Source: Candidatus Aenigmatarchaeota archaeon (GTDB taxonomy: Archaea; Aenigmatarchaeota; Aenigmatarchaeia; CG10238-14; SCSR01). Taken from it: 64,000 nt of DNA. Within the stretch, counting starts at the first letter, position 1, and each line of letters starts with the position of its first letter. The DNA lies in NCBI GenBank assembly GCA_030615205.1, contig JAUWZS010000001.1, positions 76,993 to 140,992 on the forward strand, in the 5' to 3' direction. The position numbers and the translations under genes were made by a program. The notes under the pieces were generated by a model. The model was not told where the DNA came from, searched no databases, and saw only the letters and a program-made list of their open reading frames with translations. Of this stretch, positions 45,908-55,493 are shown piece by piece.

Positions 45908-47491
45908 CTACTCCTCTTTTTCTTTTTTTATTTTTTTAGATTCAGAGATTCTACTGCCACCAGCTTTAATAATCTCTTCAAGATTTGATATAATCGAATT
46001 CTTTTCTTTTTTAGTGAGCTTGCTTAACGAGCCTGCGAGTTCTGGTATGTATCTTTCAAAAAGCTGTCTGCGTAGCTGTTTATCCCTTGCTTGTTTCTTT
46101 TGTCTGACAAACTTTGCCAACTTCCTACCTGCATCTTGTAGCGCCAACTTGATATCCTTCATAATAGCTGGATATGTGGCAATGGCTTGCTTTCCTTCTG
46201 ATGTGAAAGGTACCCAAACAGACGCAAAATGCACTAAAATCACAAGAGGGCCGACCGGTACACTGCTGTTGGGGTGTTGAAACCCGTAACGTTTCCAATC
46301 CACTGCTTCAACAGACTTTGTAATAGCGCAACTGCTTTGATGATACAACAAAGGAACTTTATTTGCAAAGCGGTAGAGAATCGCTGCTGAATTTGGGTTT
46401 AAATCGCCGCCATATGCAAGTCCGACCTCGACTTGGAATGGGTTCCCACGATAAACAGACGGTGGCCGCGTAACAGCAACAAAATATTCAGCATTTAATT
46501 CTTTTTTCAATCCGTTTTCTATAAGCTGTTCTGTGAGCGGGGATAGGCAATTGGTCGGCGGTGCTATGAGCTTTACCATCTGCAGTGATTTGTGCAATCG
46601 TTCAGATTCTTCTGCGTCTAGACTTTTAGGTTTGCGACTGGACTCGAGCTTTGCCAGTCTGAATATTTGCTCTGCTGAACGGCTACCCACACGCGTGAAA
46701 TCTCTCATCAAAAATGCCCTCAGATTTTTAGTCCTCGTCATTGCCAACATTCGTCTTAAAATGCCCAACTCAATTCCGTATGGATGCGGCTTGATCTCTT
46801 TTGGTTGTTTTGGCACAATATTAGTAGTTCTATCGAATTTCAAAGTACCATTTGGACCATTATAGACTATATGTGCATATGGGTTTGCTATGGCTGTTTG
46901 CCTCAAATATTCGGGTATGGATTGGTATCTCTCAATATAATTGCCCTCAGCTTCCAGCTCAATTTTTATTCCATGCCATCTCTCTTTGTTAGTATGGGTT
47001 ATATGTGAAGCTACACTAGGCTCATTTTGCACAGTATCGATCATTAACTCAAATTCGTGTATTTTACCACCTGTGCTTGAAATTATCTTAGCCGGTTTTC
47101 CTGTTGTCAACTGCGAATAAAGAATAGCCCCGCTTATCCCTATGCCCTGCGTGCCACGTGATTGTTTCAGTCTGTGAAACTTGGAGCCAAAAAGCATTTT
47201 TCCAAATGCGAATGGTATTTTTGATTCGACTATGCCTGGTCCATTATCTTCAGCCACGATCTTGAATCTGTCCACTCCGATCTGTTTTAAAGTCACCACT
47301 ATATTCGGCAATATGCCAGCCTCGTCACACCCATCCAAGCTGTTGTCCACGGCTTCTTTAACAATGGTTATCAGCGCCTTTGTCGAGTTCTCATACCCAA
47401 GCAGATGCCTGTTCTTCTCGAAGAATTCGGATATACTTATCTCTTTCATATCCTTTGCCATTCGTTCAGCCACTCTTTGTTCCACTGCCAA
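45908..47491 (-). CDS. top6B: DNA topoisomerase VI subunit B (GHKL ATPase)
   Basis: 527 aa. Bergerat fold motifs 'ELVDNSLDGCDEAG' and 'EDNGPGI'. Adjacent to top6A. Confidence 0.9.
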   Translation of the reverse strand: MAVEQRVAERMAKDMKEISISEFFEKNRHLLGYENSTKALITIVKEAVDNSLDGCDEAGILPNIVVTLKQIGVDRFKIVAEDNGPGIVESKIPFAFGKMLFGSKFHRLKQSRGTQGIGISGAILYSQLTTGKPAKIISSTGGKIHEFELMIDTVQNEPSVASHITHTNKERWHGIKIELEAEGNYIERYQSIPEYLRQTAIANPYAHIVYNGPNGTLKFDRTTNIVPKQPKEIKPHPYGIELGILRRMLAMTRTKNLRAFLMRDFTRVGSRSAEQIFRLAKLESSRKPKSLDAEESERLHKSLQMVKLIAPPTNCLSPLTEQLIENGLKKELNAEYFVAVTRPPSVYRGNPFQVEVGLAYGGDLNPNSAAILYRFANKVPLLYHQSSCAITKSVEAVDWKRYGFQHPNSSVPVGPLVILVHFASVWVPFTSEGKQAIATYPAIMKDIKLALQDAGRKLAKFVRQKKQARDKQLRRQLFERYIPELAGSLSKLTKKEKNSIISNLEEIIKAGGSRISESKKIKKEKEE

Positions 47492-47523
47492 TTTTTTTCA
47501 CCTGTTAATTTCCTACCTTTTTA

Positions 47524-48030
47524 TTAGTATTTTGTTTTCTTTATATTTTCTTCCAAAAATTTGTATACGCCTCCATGCTTGCGACCTTCAAGAAGCATAC
47601 AGACTGCTTGACGCGCGCATTGAACGCCATCCCATTCCCCTATAATACTAATTGTTTTACCGTAAATTGAAAGCTTAACATCTGCTATTTTTTCTATTAT
47701 GGCTTTTGATTTTCCTTTTGTTCCTATGACTCTGCCTCGCAACTCTTCTAGTCTTTTCGTGGATTTGCCAGCGAAATCCTTTGCGTCTATTATACATAAC
47801 TCATATTTATCGTCGAGCAGATACAACGCGTCTTCAGAATCAAATCCACGGCCGAAAGCCTTTATAACAGATTTGATACGCATTAACTTTATCGAATCTT
47901 CACATTCGATTTCCACATTTTCAGCAAGCTTTATTTTTACGCCTGTCAAATCTTCCAACTTTTTGACAAGCTTTTTTTCCTTTCTGAGTATTTTCATCCG
48001 TTCATCTGGTATTGCAACAAAATCCATCAT
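47524..48030 (-). CDS. KH-domain RNA-binding protein (archaeal Dim2/Pno1-like)
   Basis: Two KH-like segments ('LEDLTGVKIKL', 'RVIGTKGKSKAIIEKIADVKLSIYG'). Start uncertain; I chose internal MMDF at 48030. Confidence 0.55.
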   Translation of the reverse strand: MMDFVAIPDERMKILRKEKKLVKKLEDLTGVKIKLAENVEIECEDSIKLMRIKSVIKAFGRGFDSEDALYLLDDKYELCIIDAKDFAGKSTKRLEELRGRVIGTKGKSKAIIEKIADVKLSIYGKTISIIGEWDGVQCARQAVCMLLEGRKHGGVYKFLEENIKKTKY

Positions 48031-48096
48031 AAAATCAACCAATAAAATCAAATTTAATTTTGTTATTATTAAATTCAAAAAAATAAAAATGTTTTA

Positions 48097-49452
48097 ATGG
48101 ATTTGAATATAAATTTTGGGATAACAAAGGATGGAATCGTAGCGAATTTGAATAAGAAACAATTCTTTCTAATTTATCCAGCTGGTATTTGGGGAGCCTA
48201 TCCAGAAAAAACAAAAGCAGCTCTTTTTGATAATCTTGCACATCTACTTACAATAAACGCACCTCTAGTAGCTGGAGCTAAAAAAGTAAAATACAACACG
48301 GCAAAACCGATTTTCAAACCATTCTTCGACGAAGTTGTAAGAAAAAGCCTACCACATGCAGTTGAAGACTACGCGAGGCCCACAGAAGAAATACTGAAGC
48401 AGTTCTCAGAAATAAAATACGAATTCTCAGGAGAGCCAGATAAAAAATTTACACACGAAAAAGATTTGGAGCCCAGCGAAAAATCTATAAGCCCTCTTTC
48501 ATTTGGAAAAGACAGCCTAACGAGCCTAGGTGTATGCGCAGAAATTGGATTAGAACCGACGGCAATTTACATAAATGACACAGTATCTCCCAGAGAGAAC
48601 AAACTCAAATTAAACCGCGCCAAAAAATTCTCAAAAAGATTCGGAATAAATATTTTTATAGTTAGAAACGAGCTAGAGCAGTTGAACGATTTCGAATTTT
48701 GGGAAACTGATGAGACATGCATTGGATATACGCATATGGTAACAGGATTCTGCTTCATATCTTTGCCTTTTGTGCACAAGTTCGGTGCAAAATATATAAT
48801 TCTTGGAAATCAGCAAGACATGAACTTTAGTTTCAAAAATAAAAACGGGTTCATGACCTATCCATCATTCGATCAAACAAGCGAGTGGATGTTAAAGCAA
48901 AATAAGATGATAAAAGAAGCGACCGGCAATAGGACAGCAGTGATGAGTGTTATCGAACCAGTGACAAATATAGCTCTTACAAAAATTTTACACATGCGCT
49001 ATCCGAAATTTGGAAAGTATCAAGTTAGTTGTGATTGTCTTGACGCCAGCGATGAAAAAAGATGGTGCCATAATTGCAACAAGTGCGCAAGGAATGTGCT
49101 ATTTATGAAAGCATTCGGCATCGATCCAAAACGAGTGGGTCTAAGAAATATGCTCCTAGATAAGAAAAATAAAAAACTGTTCTCCCTCTTTGGCGGGAAG
49201 GACGTGGACTGCTACGAGAAAAGCAAAGAAGCAAGAGATCAACAGCTTTTAGCATTTTTGATGGCGCACGAGAATGGTGAACGTGGCCGACTGATCGAAA
49301 TTTTCAAAAATAAGTTTTTAGAAGAAGCGAAAGAACGGGAAAATGAACTGCGTAAAAAATTCTTCTCAGTTTTTAAATCAAAAACCATGCCGAAAAAAAT
49401 CGAGCGTGCAGTTTCATCAATCTACAAAGAAGAACTTTCAGATTTTGTTTGA
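48097..49452 (+). CDS. PP-loop (adenine-nucleotide alpha-hydrolase) family ATPase with N-terminal extension and C-terminal Cys cluster; function unknown
   Basis: 451 aa. 'SFGKDSLTSLGV' is an SGGxDS-type PP-loop variant. C-terminal 'CDCLDASDEKRWCHNCNKC' has 5 Cys and 1 His. No confident family assignment. Confidence 0.55.
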   Translation: MDLNINFGITKDGIVANLNKKQFFLIYPAGIWGAYPEKTKAALFDNLAHLLTINAPLVAGAKKVKYNTAKPIFKPFFDEVVRKSLPHAVEDYARPTEEILKQFSEIKYEFSGEPDKKFTHEKDLEPSEKSISPLSFGKDSLTSLGVCAEIGLEPTAIYINDTVSPRENKLKLNRAKKFSKRFGINIFIVRNELEQLNDFEFWETDETCIGYTHMVTGFCFISLPFVHKFGAKYIILGNQQDMNFSFKNKNGFMTYPSFDQTSEWMLKQNKMIKEATGNRTAVMSVIEPVTNIALTKILHMRYPKFGKYQVSCDCLDASDEKRWCHNCNKCARNVLFMKAFGIDPKRVGLRNMLLDKKNKKLFSLFGGKDVDCYEKSKEARDQQLLAFLMAHENGERGRLIEIFKNKFLEEAKERENELRKKFFSVFKSKTMPKKIERAVSSIYKEELSDFV

Positions 49453-49460
49453 AAATCAAT

Positions 49461-49790
49461 CTAATCTAGTGAAATTCCCTCAACGTATCCCTTCCTTTTT
49501 AACCAGTTGGCTTGTGTTGCTGTGTATCTATAAATGACATCTGCCCGCTTATCGCTTTGTACAACCCATGGTTTTACAAGAATCAGATCGCCCGGTCTCA
49601 TCCACACACGCTTTCTAAGCCGACCGGGAATTCTGCACACACGGACATTACCATCTGAGCAATTTGCACGTATTCTGTCGCCCCCGAGCATTGTCTCAAT
49701 TACACCCAATAATTCGCCTTTTCTTTGCATTCTTATTCTTGCTATTTCAACTTGTTCTCGAGTCATCTCTTGTCCTGTTTTCTTCCCCAT
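49461..49790 (-). CDS. eif1a: Translation initiation factor aIF-1A (S1/OB fold)
   Basis: 'GELLGVIETMLGGDRIRANCSDGNVRVCRIPGRLRKRVWMRPGDLILV' matches aIF-1A. ATG at 49790 preferred over the GTG at 49799. Confidence 0.8.
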   Translation of the reverse strand: MGKKTGQEMTREQVEIARIRMQRKGELLGVIETMLGGDRIRANCSDGNVRVCRIPGRLRKRVWMRPGDLILVKPWVVQSDKRADVIYRYTATQANWLKRKGYVEGISLD

Positions 49791-49798
49791 GATTTTCA

Positions 49799-49837
49799 CC
49801 TTACATTATTACCTTACATTATTAACTTACATTGTTA
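49799..49837. repeat. Three tandem copies of a 13-nt unit (CCTTACATTATTA) immediately upstream of aIF-1A; likely promoter/operator
   Basis: Read directly: ccttacattatta ccttacattatta acttacattgtta. The A/T-rich core is positioned about -26 from the ATG. Confidence 0.5.
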
Positions 49838-49846
49838 AATTTGAAT

Positions 49847-50773
49847 TCAATGTTTTAAAAGAAATACTTTGCTTGGCTCATCTTCATCTTCGATTTTATA
49901 TCCTGTCGCATCTGCCAGCGCGGTCGCAAATTTTCTCATATCTTCCATTGTAGGCACGTTTTCTTCTCCGAGTCTTTGCCGCGATTCTCCTACCCAGCTG
50001 TAGCCTTTTGGTTCGATTATAGCTGGCTCTGCCTTTTTCACAAGTTCAGCATATTTCTCAGGCGATTTTAGATTAAGTCCTTTTACAAGTGTCAAACGTA
50101 AAACAGTACGACAGTTGAAACTTTTCATAAGCTCTAGGCTTTCATTCAATCTCTCCCAGCCATCAGGAATAAGCGGCCTGTTAACTTTCAAGTAAGTCTG
50201 TTTATCTGGTGCGCAAAGACTTATGTAAAGATTTGTGGGTTCGGTTGTTAGTGATTTCAATCTATCCGGTCGTGTACCGTTTGTAACCAAGAACGTTGTC
50301 ATTTTGCGCTTTTTGAATTCTGCGATCAGCTCGGCTATTCGTGGATAAAGTGTTGGTTCGCCTGCCAAGCTTATAGCTGCGCTCGTCGGGTTAATCGCCT
50401 CTTCCCATTTTTTTTTGTCAACAGCTTCGTTGCCTTTAAATCCAGTAAGCAAGAGCCGTCGGGCTGCAATGCAACCATCTATTATTTCTGCAGGTTCGTC
50501 CGGCTTAGGTTCGCCTTTCATTGTAAACTCAAGCATCCTCCAGCAGAATTGGCATTGATGCGTACACCATGTGATTGCCGGAGTTAGCTCAAGGCAACGA
50601 TGTGATTTTATTCCATACCATTTTTCTTTGTAACAAACTCTATTTCTGCGCAAGCTCTCTTTAGTCCAATGACAAATAGCGACTGCTGAATGATTGCCAA
50701 CTATCCTATAGCCTGCGTTTGTAAATCTTTTAACCGCTTCTTTAGGAATCATAAACAATAGTTTGTCACTCAA
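49847..50773 (-). CDS. taw1: tRNA 4-demethylwyosine synthase (Taw1/TYW1 radical SAM)
   Basis: 308 aa. 'YGIKSHRCLELTPAITWCTHQCQFCWR' with a CxxxCxxC cluster, typical of archaeal Taw1. Confidence 0.85.
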   Translation of the reverse strand: MSDKLLFMIPKEAVKRFTNAGYRIVGNHSAVAICHWTKESLRRNRVCYKEKWYGIKSHRCLELTPAITWCTHQCQFCWRMLEFTMKGEPKPDEPAEIIDGCIAARRLLLTGFKGNEAVDKKKWEEAINPTSAAISLAGEPTLYPRIAELIAEFKKRKMTTFLVTNGTRPDRLKSLTTEPTNLYISLCAPDKQTYLKVNRPLIPDGWERLNESLELMKSFNCRTVLRLTLVKGLNLKSPEKYAELVKKAEPAIIEPKGYSWVGESRQRLGEENVPTMEDMRKFATALADATGYKIEDEDEPSKVFLLKH

Positions 50774-50778
50774 GTATT

Positions 50779-51396
50779 TTACATTTTATTCTTCCAGTAT
50801 TTGAGGTACTTTTTTATTAAAGGTTCAATTAATTTTCTTCCTGTTTCTGTATACCACAATTTTCCTTCTTTTAGTAATCTTTCTCTCGATTCGACTCGTC
50901 CTCTTGCAAATTCTTGTTCACTCATTTTATATTCTTCCATATACTTGTAAGCTCTTTCATATGAACCCTCGTCTATTTTGTCAAGTGTATCAGCATCTAT
51001 AAGGACTTTAGCTTCTATAGTTTCTGGCTCTATACCTTCATATCGTACATTATGCGCTTTTATACAATGCTGTATTCTCTTTATTTCATGACTTTCATAC
51101 CCAGCTTTTTCTAGGTATGGTACACATTCTTCACCGCCAATTTTACTATGGTATCTCGACTTACCTCCGTATAGAAATCCCACATCATGAAGCAATGCAG
51201 CTGCTAAAAGTATTGACAAGTCTGCTCCTTCTTCTTTCCCAATCTTTACACAATAACCCATTACGTCTGAAATATGTGGCCATCCGTGTGATTCTGGAAT
51301 CTTTTCCAAATCCTGCCTAGAGACTTTGACGAGTTCTTCTAACCTTGAACCTATTGATGCGTAATCGAAATTCATTAAAAAACGTATAGATAACAA
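50779..51396 (-). CDS. HD-domain phosphohydrolase
   Basis: 205 aa. 'HGWPHISDV' and 'LLHDVG' HD motif. Confidence 0.75.
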   Translation of the reverse strand: MLSIRFLMNFDYASIGSRLEELVKVSRQDLEKIPESHGWPHISDVMGYCVKIGKEEGADLSILLAAALLHDVGFLYGGKSRYHSKIGGEECVPYLEKAGYESHEIKRIQHCIKAHNVRYEGIEPETIEAKVLIDADTLDKIDEGSYERAYKYMEEYKMSEQEFARGRVESRERLLKEGKLWYTETGRKLIEPLIKKYLKYWKNKM

Positions 51397-51445
51397 AAGT
51401 TTTAAGCTTATTAGATAAAAGGTATTTAATTATTGAAAGGGTTAT

Positions 51446-51539
51446 GCCTCAGTAGCTCAGCTGGTAGAGCAACTGATGATCGAAAGATCAGTTGAACCTT
51501 GTAAGCAGTAGGTCGCGAGTTCAAATCTCGCCTGAGGCT
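51446..51539 (+). tRNA. tRNA-Thr (anticodon UGU inferred) with about 21-nt intron at a non-canonical position (after nucleotide 31/32)
   Basis: GCCTCAG-TA-GCTC-AGCTGGTA-GAGC-A-ACTGA[TGATCGAAAGATCAGTTGAAC]CTTGTAA-GCAGT-AGGTC-GCGAG-TTCAAAT-CTCGC-CTGAGGC-T. The insert contains a GATC-GAAA-GATC hairpin. Confidence 0.7.
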
Positions 51540-51594
51540 TTCTTTTATCCACTCTTTTTATTTCTTCCAACCCTATTAAGATTTAGGTGCTGTT

Positions 51595-52248
51595 GTGTTC
51601 GAATATAAAGGAGTAAAGATAAGCTGGCTTGGGCATGCTGCGTTCAGATTAACAAACAATAAAGTCGTCTATATCGATCCGTTCCAAATAAAAGCTGCTG
51701 CTCCTGCTGACATAGTTCTTATAACACACGAACATTACGATCACTGTAGCATAGAAGACGTTAGAAAAACTTTGAAAGAGAATACTGTGATTGTTACAAC
51801 AGCGGCTGCACAAGACAAACTCAGGACAGTAAATGCTCAATTCTTGCTGGTCGTGCCAGGTAAATCATATTCTATAGACGGCGTTAAAGTCGAAGCTGTA
51901 CCTGCTTATAATGTTGATAAGTTCCGCTCGCCTGGCGTTCCGTATCATCCAGAAAAAGACAACAAGGTCGGCTTCATCATAACTATGAGCGATGTACGCA
52001 TATACCATGCTGGTGATACTGACCTTATACCTGGATTGGAGACAAATGTAAAAAATATAGATGTTGCAATGCTGCCAGTAAGTGGTACATATGTTATGAC
52101 TGCTGAAGAAGCTGCAGAAGCCGTAAAAAAGATAAAGCCGAAAGTAGCGATACCTATGCACATAGGCAGCATAATAGGCAGTAAGGAAGACGCATACAGA
52201 TTTGAAAAACTTGCGAAATGTGAAGTAAAGATATTAGAGAAGGAGTAA
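51595..52248 (+). CDS. MBL-fold metallo-hydrolase
   Basis: 217 aa with 'ITHEHYDH' metal-binding motif. Confidence 0.8.
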   Translation: MFEYKGVKISWLGHAAFRLTNNKVVYIDPFQIKAAAPADIVLITHEHYDHCSIEDVRKTLKENTVIVTTAAAQDKLRTVNAQFLLVVPGKSYSIDGVKVEAVPAYNVDKFRSPGVPYHPEKDNKVGFIITMSDVRIYHAGDTDLIPGLETNVKNIDVAMLPVSGTYVMTAEEAAEAVKKIKPKVAIPMHIGSIIGSKEDAYRFEKLAKCEVKILEKE

Positions 52249-52250
52249 TA

Positions 52251-52826
52251 ATGAAAATAAGATTCAATGAAATTTTCAAGCCGCAAATTATAAAACTCCT
52301 CATCATATTTTCTTTCTTTGCAATTCTGTTTTGGTTAATTCTGCCTATGCTTCCACCATCTTCTTTTTGGTTCATGCTGCTTATTCCAGCGATTGTTTGG
52401 TTTTACATAGAACTCAAAAACAATTGGAAAGATCGAGGCAGACATAGGATTAAAAAAGCTTTGGTTGTTGGAATAGTGTTAGTGGTATTTAATTTAGTAA
52501 TAAATTACAACGGAAGTGTAATGGGCATCTACACCATTTCCAGTCAATACAGTTTACTTTTAATTTATGGGAGCCCCATAGAGTTGTTGTTACTCTCCTT
52601 TTTTGGTGCAACAGCTTGGTTTTTGCACTTGCATAAGAAGCCCAATTTGCTGCGTAGTATCATCGACGTAATAATACTCTCTTCACTTGGTACTATAGCA
52701 GAATTGTTTATCCTAAGTCCGAATAACTTGATGACTTATATAAATGTAACCTGGCCCGATCCGTTTCTGACGTATGCAATAGTATGGTCATCACTCCATT
52801 TTGTTTACTATAAAGTACTTGAGTGA
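52251..52826 (+). CDS. Hypothetical membrane protein
   Basis: 191 aa with about 5 hydrophobic helices. Translationally coupled to the upstream MBL gene by a 2-nt gap. Confidence 0.45.
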   Translation: MKIRFNEIFKPQIIKLLIIFSFFAILFWLILPMLPPSSFWFMLLIPAIVWFYIELKNNWKDRGRHRIKKALVVGIVLVVFNLVINYNGSVMGIYTISSQYSLLLIYGSPIELLLLSFFGATAWFLHLHKKPNLLRSIIDVIILSSLGTIAELFILSPNNLMTYINVTWPDPFLTYAIVWSSLHFVYYKVLE

Positions 52827-52866
52827 ATTACTAAAATTATTTTATTTCAAGAATTAATCATTAAGT

Positions 52867-53706
52867 ATGATTAAAATAAAGAAAGGCATTCTCAAAAAAG
52901 TTTATAAAAAACGAAAGCCGTGGTCGCATAAATACGACTTTGGCCACTTGCTGATAATTGGCGGTAGCAAATTATACAGCGGTTCACCTGTACTGGCAGG
53001 CTTAGCAGCGTTAAGAACGGGCGTTGATTTGGTTACAATAATAGCGCCTGAGCGTGCGGCGAACATAGCAGCATCCTTCTCCCCAGATTTAGTTACCTAT
53101 CCGTTGAGAGGAGCCTACTTGAATGCACGGCATCTGAGAGATTTGCTCAAATTTACAAAAGGAAAAACAGCAGTAGTTATTGGCAGCGGGTTGTGGAGAA
53201 TAAAGCCCGTGCTAGACACTGTTGTCGAATATATGAAAAATATAAATCTGCCATGCGTTGTTGACGCAGATGCGATACATGCTATTGCAACAAATAAAAA
53301 AATAAATCTGAAAAACTGTGTGATCACGCCACATGGTAACGAGTTTTTTACATTGTCCGGAATCGAACCTACAACTGAACTGGATAAAAGAATTGAGGCT
53401 GTGAAAAAAGTTGCAATAGAGATGAGAACAATAATTCTGCTTAAAGGACACGTCGATATAATCTCGGATGGCGCAAAAGTGGCGATAAATAAGACTGGCT
53501 CTCCTTACATGACTGTTGGGGGAACAGGCGATACGCTCGCTGGTATTTGCGGCTCGTTGCTTGCACAAGGTATTGACTGCTTTACAGCTGTATGCGCGGC
53601 TGCATACATAAACGGAAAAGCTGGTGATATTGCAGCTAAGCAACTTAAACAGGCTCTGACAGCAACAGATTTAATCAAGGCGCTTCCAAAAGTTATAAAA
53701 GGTTGA
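52867..53706 (+). CDS. nnr2: ADP-dependent NAD(P)H-hydrate dehydratase (YjeF C-terminal/Nnr2 family)
   Basis: 279 aa. 'LIIGGSKLYSGSPVLAGLAALRTG' and 'GGTGDTLAGI' signatures. Confidence 0.8.
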   Translation: MIKIKKGILKKVYKKRKPWSHKYDFGHLLIIGGSKLYSGSPVLAGLAALRTGVDLVTIIAPERAANIAASFSPDLVTYPLRGAYLNARHLRDLLKFTKGKTAVVIGSGLWRIKPVLDTVVEYMKNINLPCVVDADAIHAIATNKKINLKNCVITPHGNEFFTLSGIEPTTELDKRIEAVKKVAIEMRTIILLKGHVDIISDGAKVAINKTGSPYMTVGGTGDTLAGICGSLLAQGIDCFTAVCAAAYINGKAGDIAAKQLKQALTATDLIKALPKVIKG

Positions 53707-53737
53707 AACAATAGAAATTTAGTATTCAATCGCACAA

Positions 53738-53854
53738 GGGGTTGTCGTTCAACCTGGCAGGACAACAGGCTCCAGGTTTGTTGAATTTGGAGCATTGATT
53801 CCAAAAATGATAAGAAGAAACCTGTCGATGAGGGTTCAAATCCCTCCGACCCCA
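53738..53854 (+). tRNA. tRNA-Trp (anticodon CCA inferred) with about 44-nt intron at the canonical position
   Basis: GGGGTTG-TC-GTTC-AACCTGGCA-GGAC-A-ACAGG-CTCCAG|intron|A-CCTGT-CGAT-GAGGG-TTCAAAT-CCCTC-CGACCCC-A. 117 nt total. Confidence 0.65.
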
Positions 53855-53875
53855 TTTTCAATTTTTTGTGATTAT

Positions 53876-54310
53876 ATGAAAATTGCACTTTGTGGCAGCT
53901 TGAGTCTTTGCGACGAAATTCTGAAAGTGAAGGAAGAATTGGAAAGTATGGGGCATAATGCATTGTTACCAGAAGCCATAACAAAATTCTCGCTTAGAAA
54001 CGCTGATGACACTGACGCTTTCAAATCTGATAAAGGAGATTATATGAAAATAAAACCTATCTACATGCGCGACCACTTTGATAAAATAGCTAAAAGCGAT
54101 GCTATACTCGTTGTTAATAAAACAAAAAAAGGAATAGAAAATTATATTGGCGGTAATACATTCGCAGAAATAATGGTAGCATTCTTTCTCAATAAAAAAA
54201 TATTTTTACTAAATCCTATACCAACACACGAATGGTTGTCTGCTTTTCACGAAGAGATAGCAGGTGTAAAACCGATTGTATTGAACGGTAATTTGGATAA
54301 TATAAAATAA
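53876..54310 (+). CDS. Nucleoside 2-deoxyribosyltransferase-like (Rossmann-like) protein
   Basis: Start taken at internal 'MKIALCGS' (ATG at 53876), because the longer ORF starts inside the tRNA-Trp gene. 'ILVVNKTKKGIENYIGGNTFAEIMVAFFLNKKIFLL' resembles the NDT-like fold. Confidence 0.4.
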   Translation: MKIALCGSLSLCDEILKVKEELESMGHNALLPEAITKFSLRNADDTDAFKSDKGDYMKIKPIYMRDHFDKIAKSDAILVVNKTKKGIENYIGGNTFAEIMVAFFLNKKIFLLNPIPTHEWLSAFHEEIAGVKPIVLNGNLDNIK

Positions 54311-54314
54311 TTAT

Positions 54315-55019
54315 TCATTTCCAGCCGTGCTCTCCTCGTAGCGGAACAAACACAACCGGGCCAAGATTTTTCATAACAACCTTACCTTGTTTTGTCTTTT
54401 TCACGCAGACAAGTTCTTGATGCCCATACGGTTCACCAACAGGCGCAATTATCATTCCGCCATTCTTTAACTGTTTGATTAAGGGCTTTGGTATTTCAGG
54501 ACAAGTCGCGCTGATGAGTATCTTATCAAACTTCTTTTTCTCCAGGCCAATGCCTTTAGAGCCATCGCCAAGTATGAGCTGTACTTTTTTAGCGTAGCCG
54601 GACTTCTCCAAACTATTCTTAGCAAAACTATAGACTTCAGGGATGATCTCCACACCGACTACTTCTCCTCTCGGACCCACAAGTTCTTTCATATAAACAA
54701 GAAGTATGCCCGAGCCAGCCCCAATTTCAAGAACCTTCTCACCGGATTTAAAATCAGCAGCAGAAAGATAAATAGCGTGCATGTGCGGGGCAGATATAGT
54801 TGCATCTGATGGTATAGGCAACGGCGTATCGTCATAAGCATTTTCTTTATATTCGGACAGAACAAAATCCTCGCGCCTTATTTTTAGCATTACTTTTTTT
54901 ATTTTCGGATTTTTTATGTATCCGTACTCCTCTAGCCGTTTGATTAGAGCTTTTCTTTTTTCTTCGAATCTGTCGCTCTTCTTTGCTTGTTTTTTTCTCG
55001 GCTTTTTCATAATCCACAA
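54315..55019 (-). CDS. pcm: Protein-L-isoaspartate O-methyltransferase
   Basis: 234 aa with 'VLEIGAGSGILLVYMKELVG' SAM-binding motif and PIMT-like C-terminus. Basic N-terminal extension. Confidence 0.85.
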   Translation of the reverse strand: MWIMKKPRKKQAKKSDRFEEKRKALIKRLEEYGYIKNPKIKKVMLKIRREDFVLSEYKENAYDDTPLPIPSDATISAPHMHAIYLSAADFKSGEKVLEIGAGSGILLVYMKELVGPRGEVVGVEIIPEVYSFAKNSLEKSGYAKKVQLILGDGSKGIGLEKKKFDKILISATCPEIPKPLIKQLKNGGMIIAPVGEPYGHQELVCVKKTKQGKVVMKNLGPVVFVPLRGEHGWK

Positions 55020-55136
55020 CTAAATTTAACCTTATTTAAATGTTACATGCCGTGCATAAAAGACAAAACAAAGGCTGCGGAACTAACCACCGTGCGTTGT
55101 TGTAAAGAATGATTACATTTTGAGGGCTTCATAATT

Positions 55137-55475
55137 TTGAGGAGAATGCCTGACAGATATATACATAAAAAATTATCTGAGCTTATACTCGGCGAGTCGT
55201 GTGAGAAAACGCACGCAGCAATAGATGCACCAGTGAAAGAAATGGGACGCGGACACAGAGAGCTTTACCATGATCCTATTTCTGCCGGTCTAATCGGACT
55301 TTTTGAGGATGGATGTAAAGGCGCTATATCCGCTGCTATACATATTGTAACTGACAAATATGCCAATAACTACGTCTCCAAAGAAGTATTGAGGTTTTCG
55401 TTGAAGATGATTGAATATACAAAGACTGAACTGGAAAAAGTTGAAAAGAGGGCTTCTGAAAAAATTAAGTGCTAA
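55137..55475 (+). CDS. Hypothetical protein immediately upstream of the AMP-salvage operon
   Basis: 112-aa ORF that ends 19 nt before e2b2. No motif recognised. Confidence 0.4.
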   Translation: MRRMPDRYIHKKLSELILGESCEKTHAAIDAPVKEMGRGHRELYHDPISAGLIGLFEDGCKGAISAAIHIVTDKYANNYVSKEVLRFSLKMIEYTKTELEKVEKRASEKIKC

Positions 55476-55493
55476 GAAAACGAATTTTGTTTT

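Noticed and set aside
53795-53875. N-terminal 27 codons of ORF 53795-54310
   Set aside because: This start lies inside the tRNA-Trp gene (3' exon). The internal ATG at 53876 gives a sensible N-terminus (MKIALCGS...) with a small gap after the tRNA.
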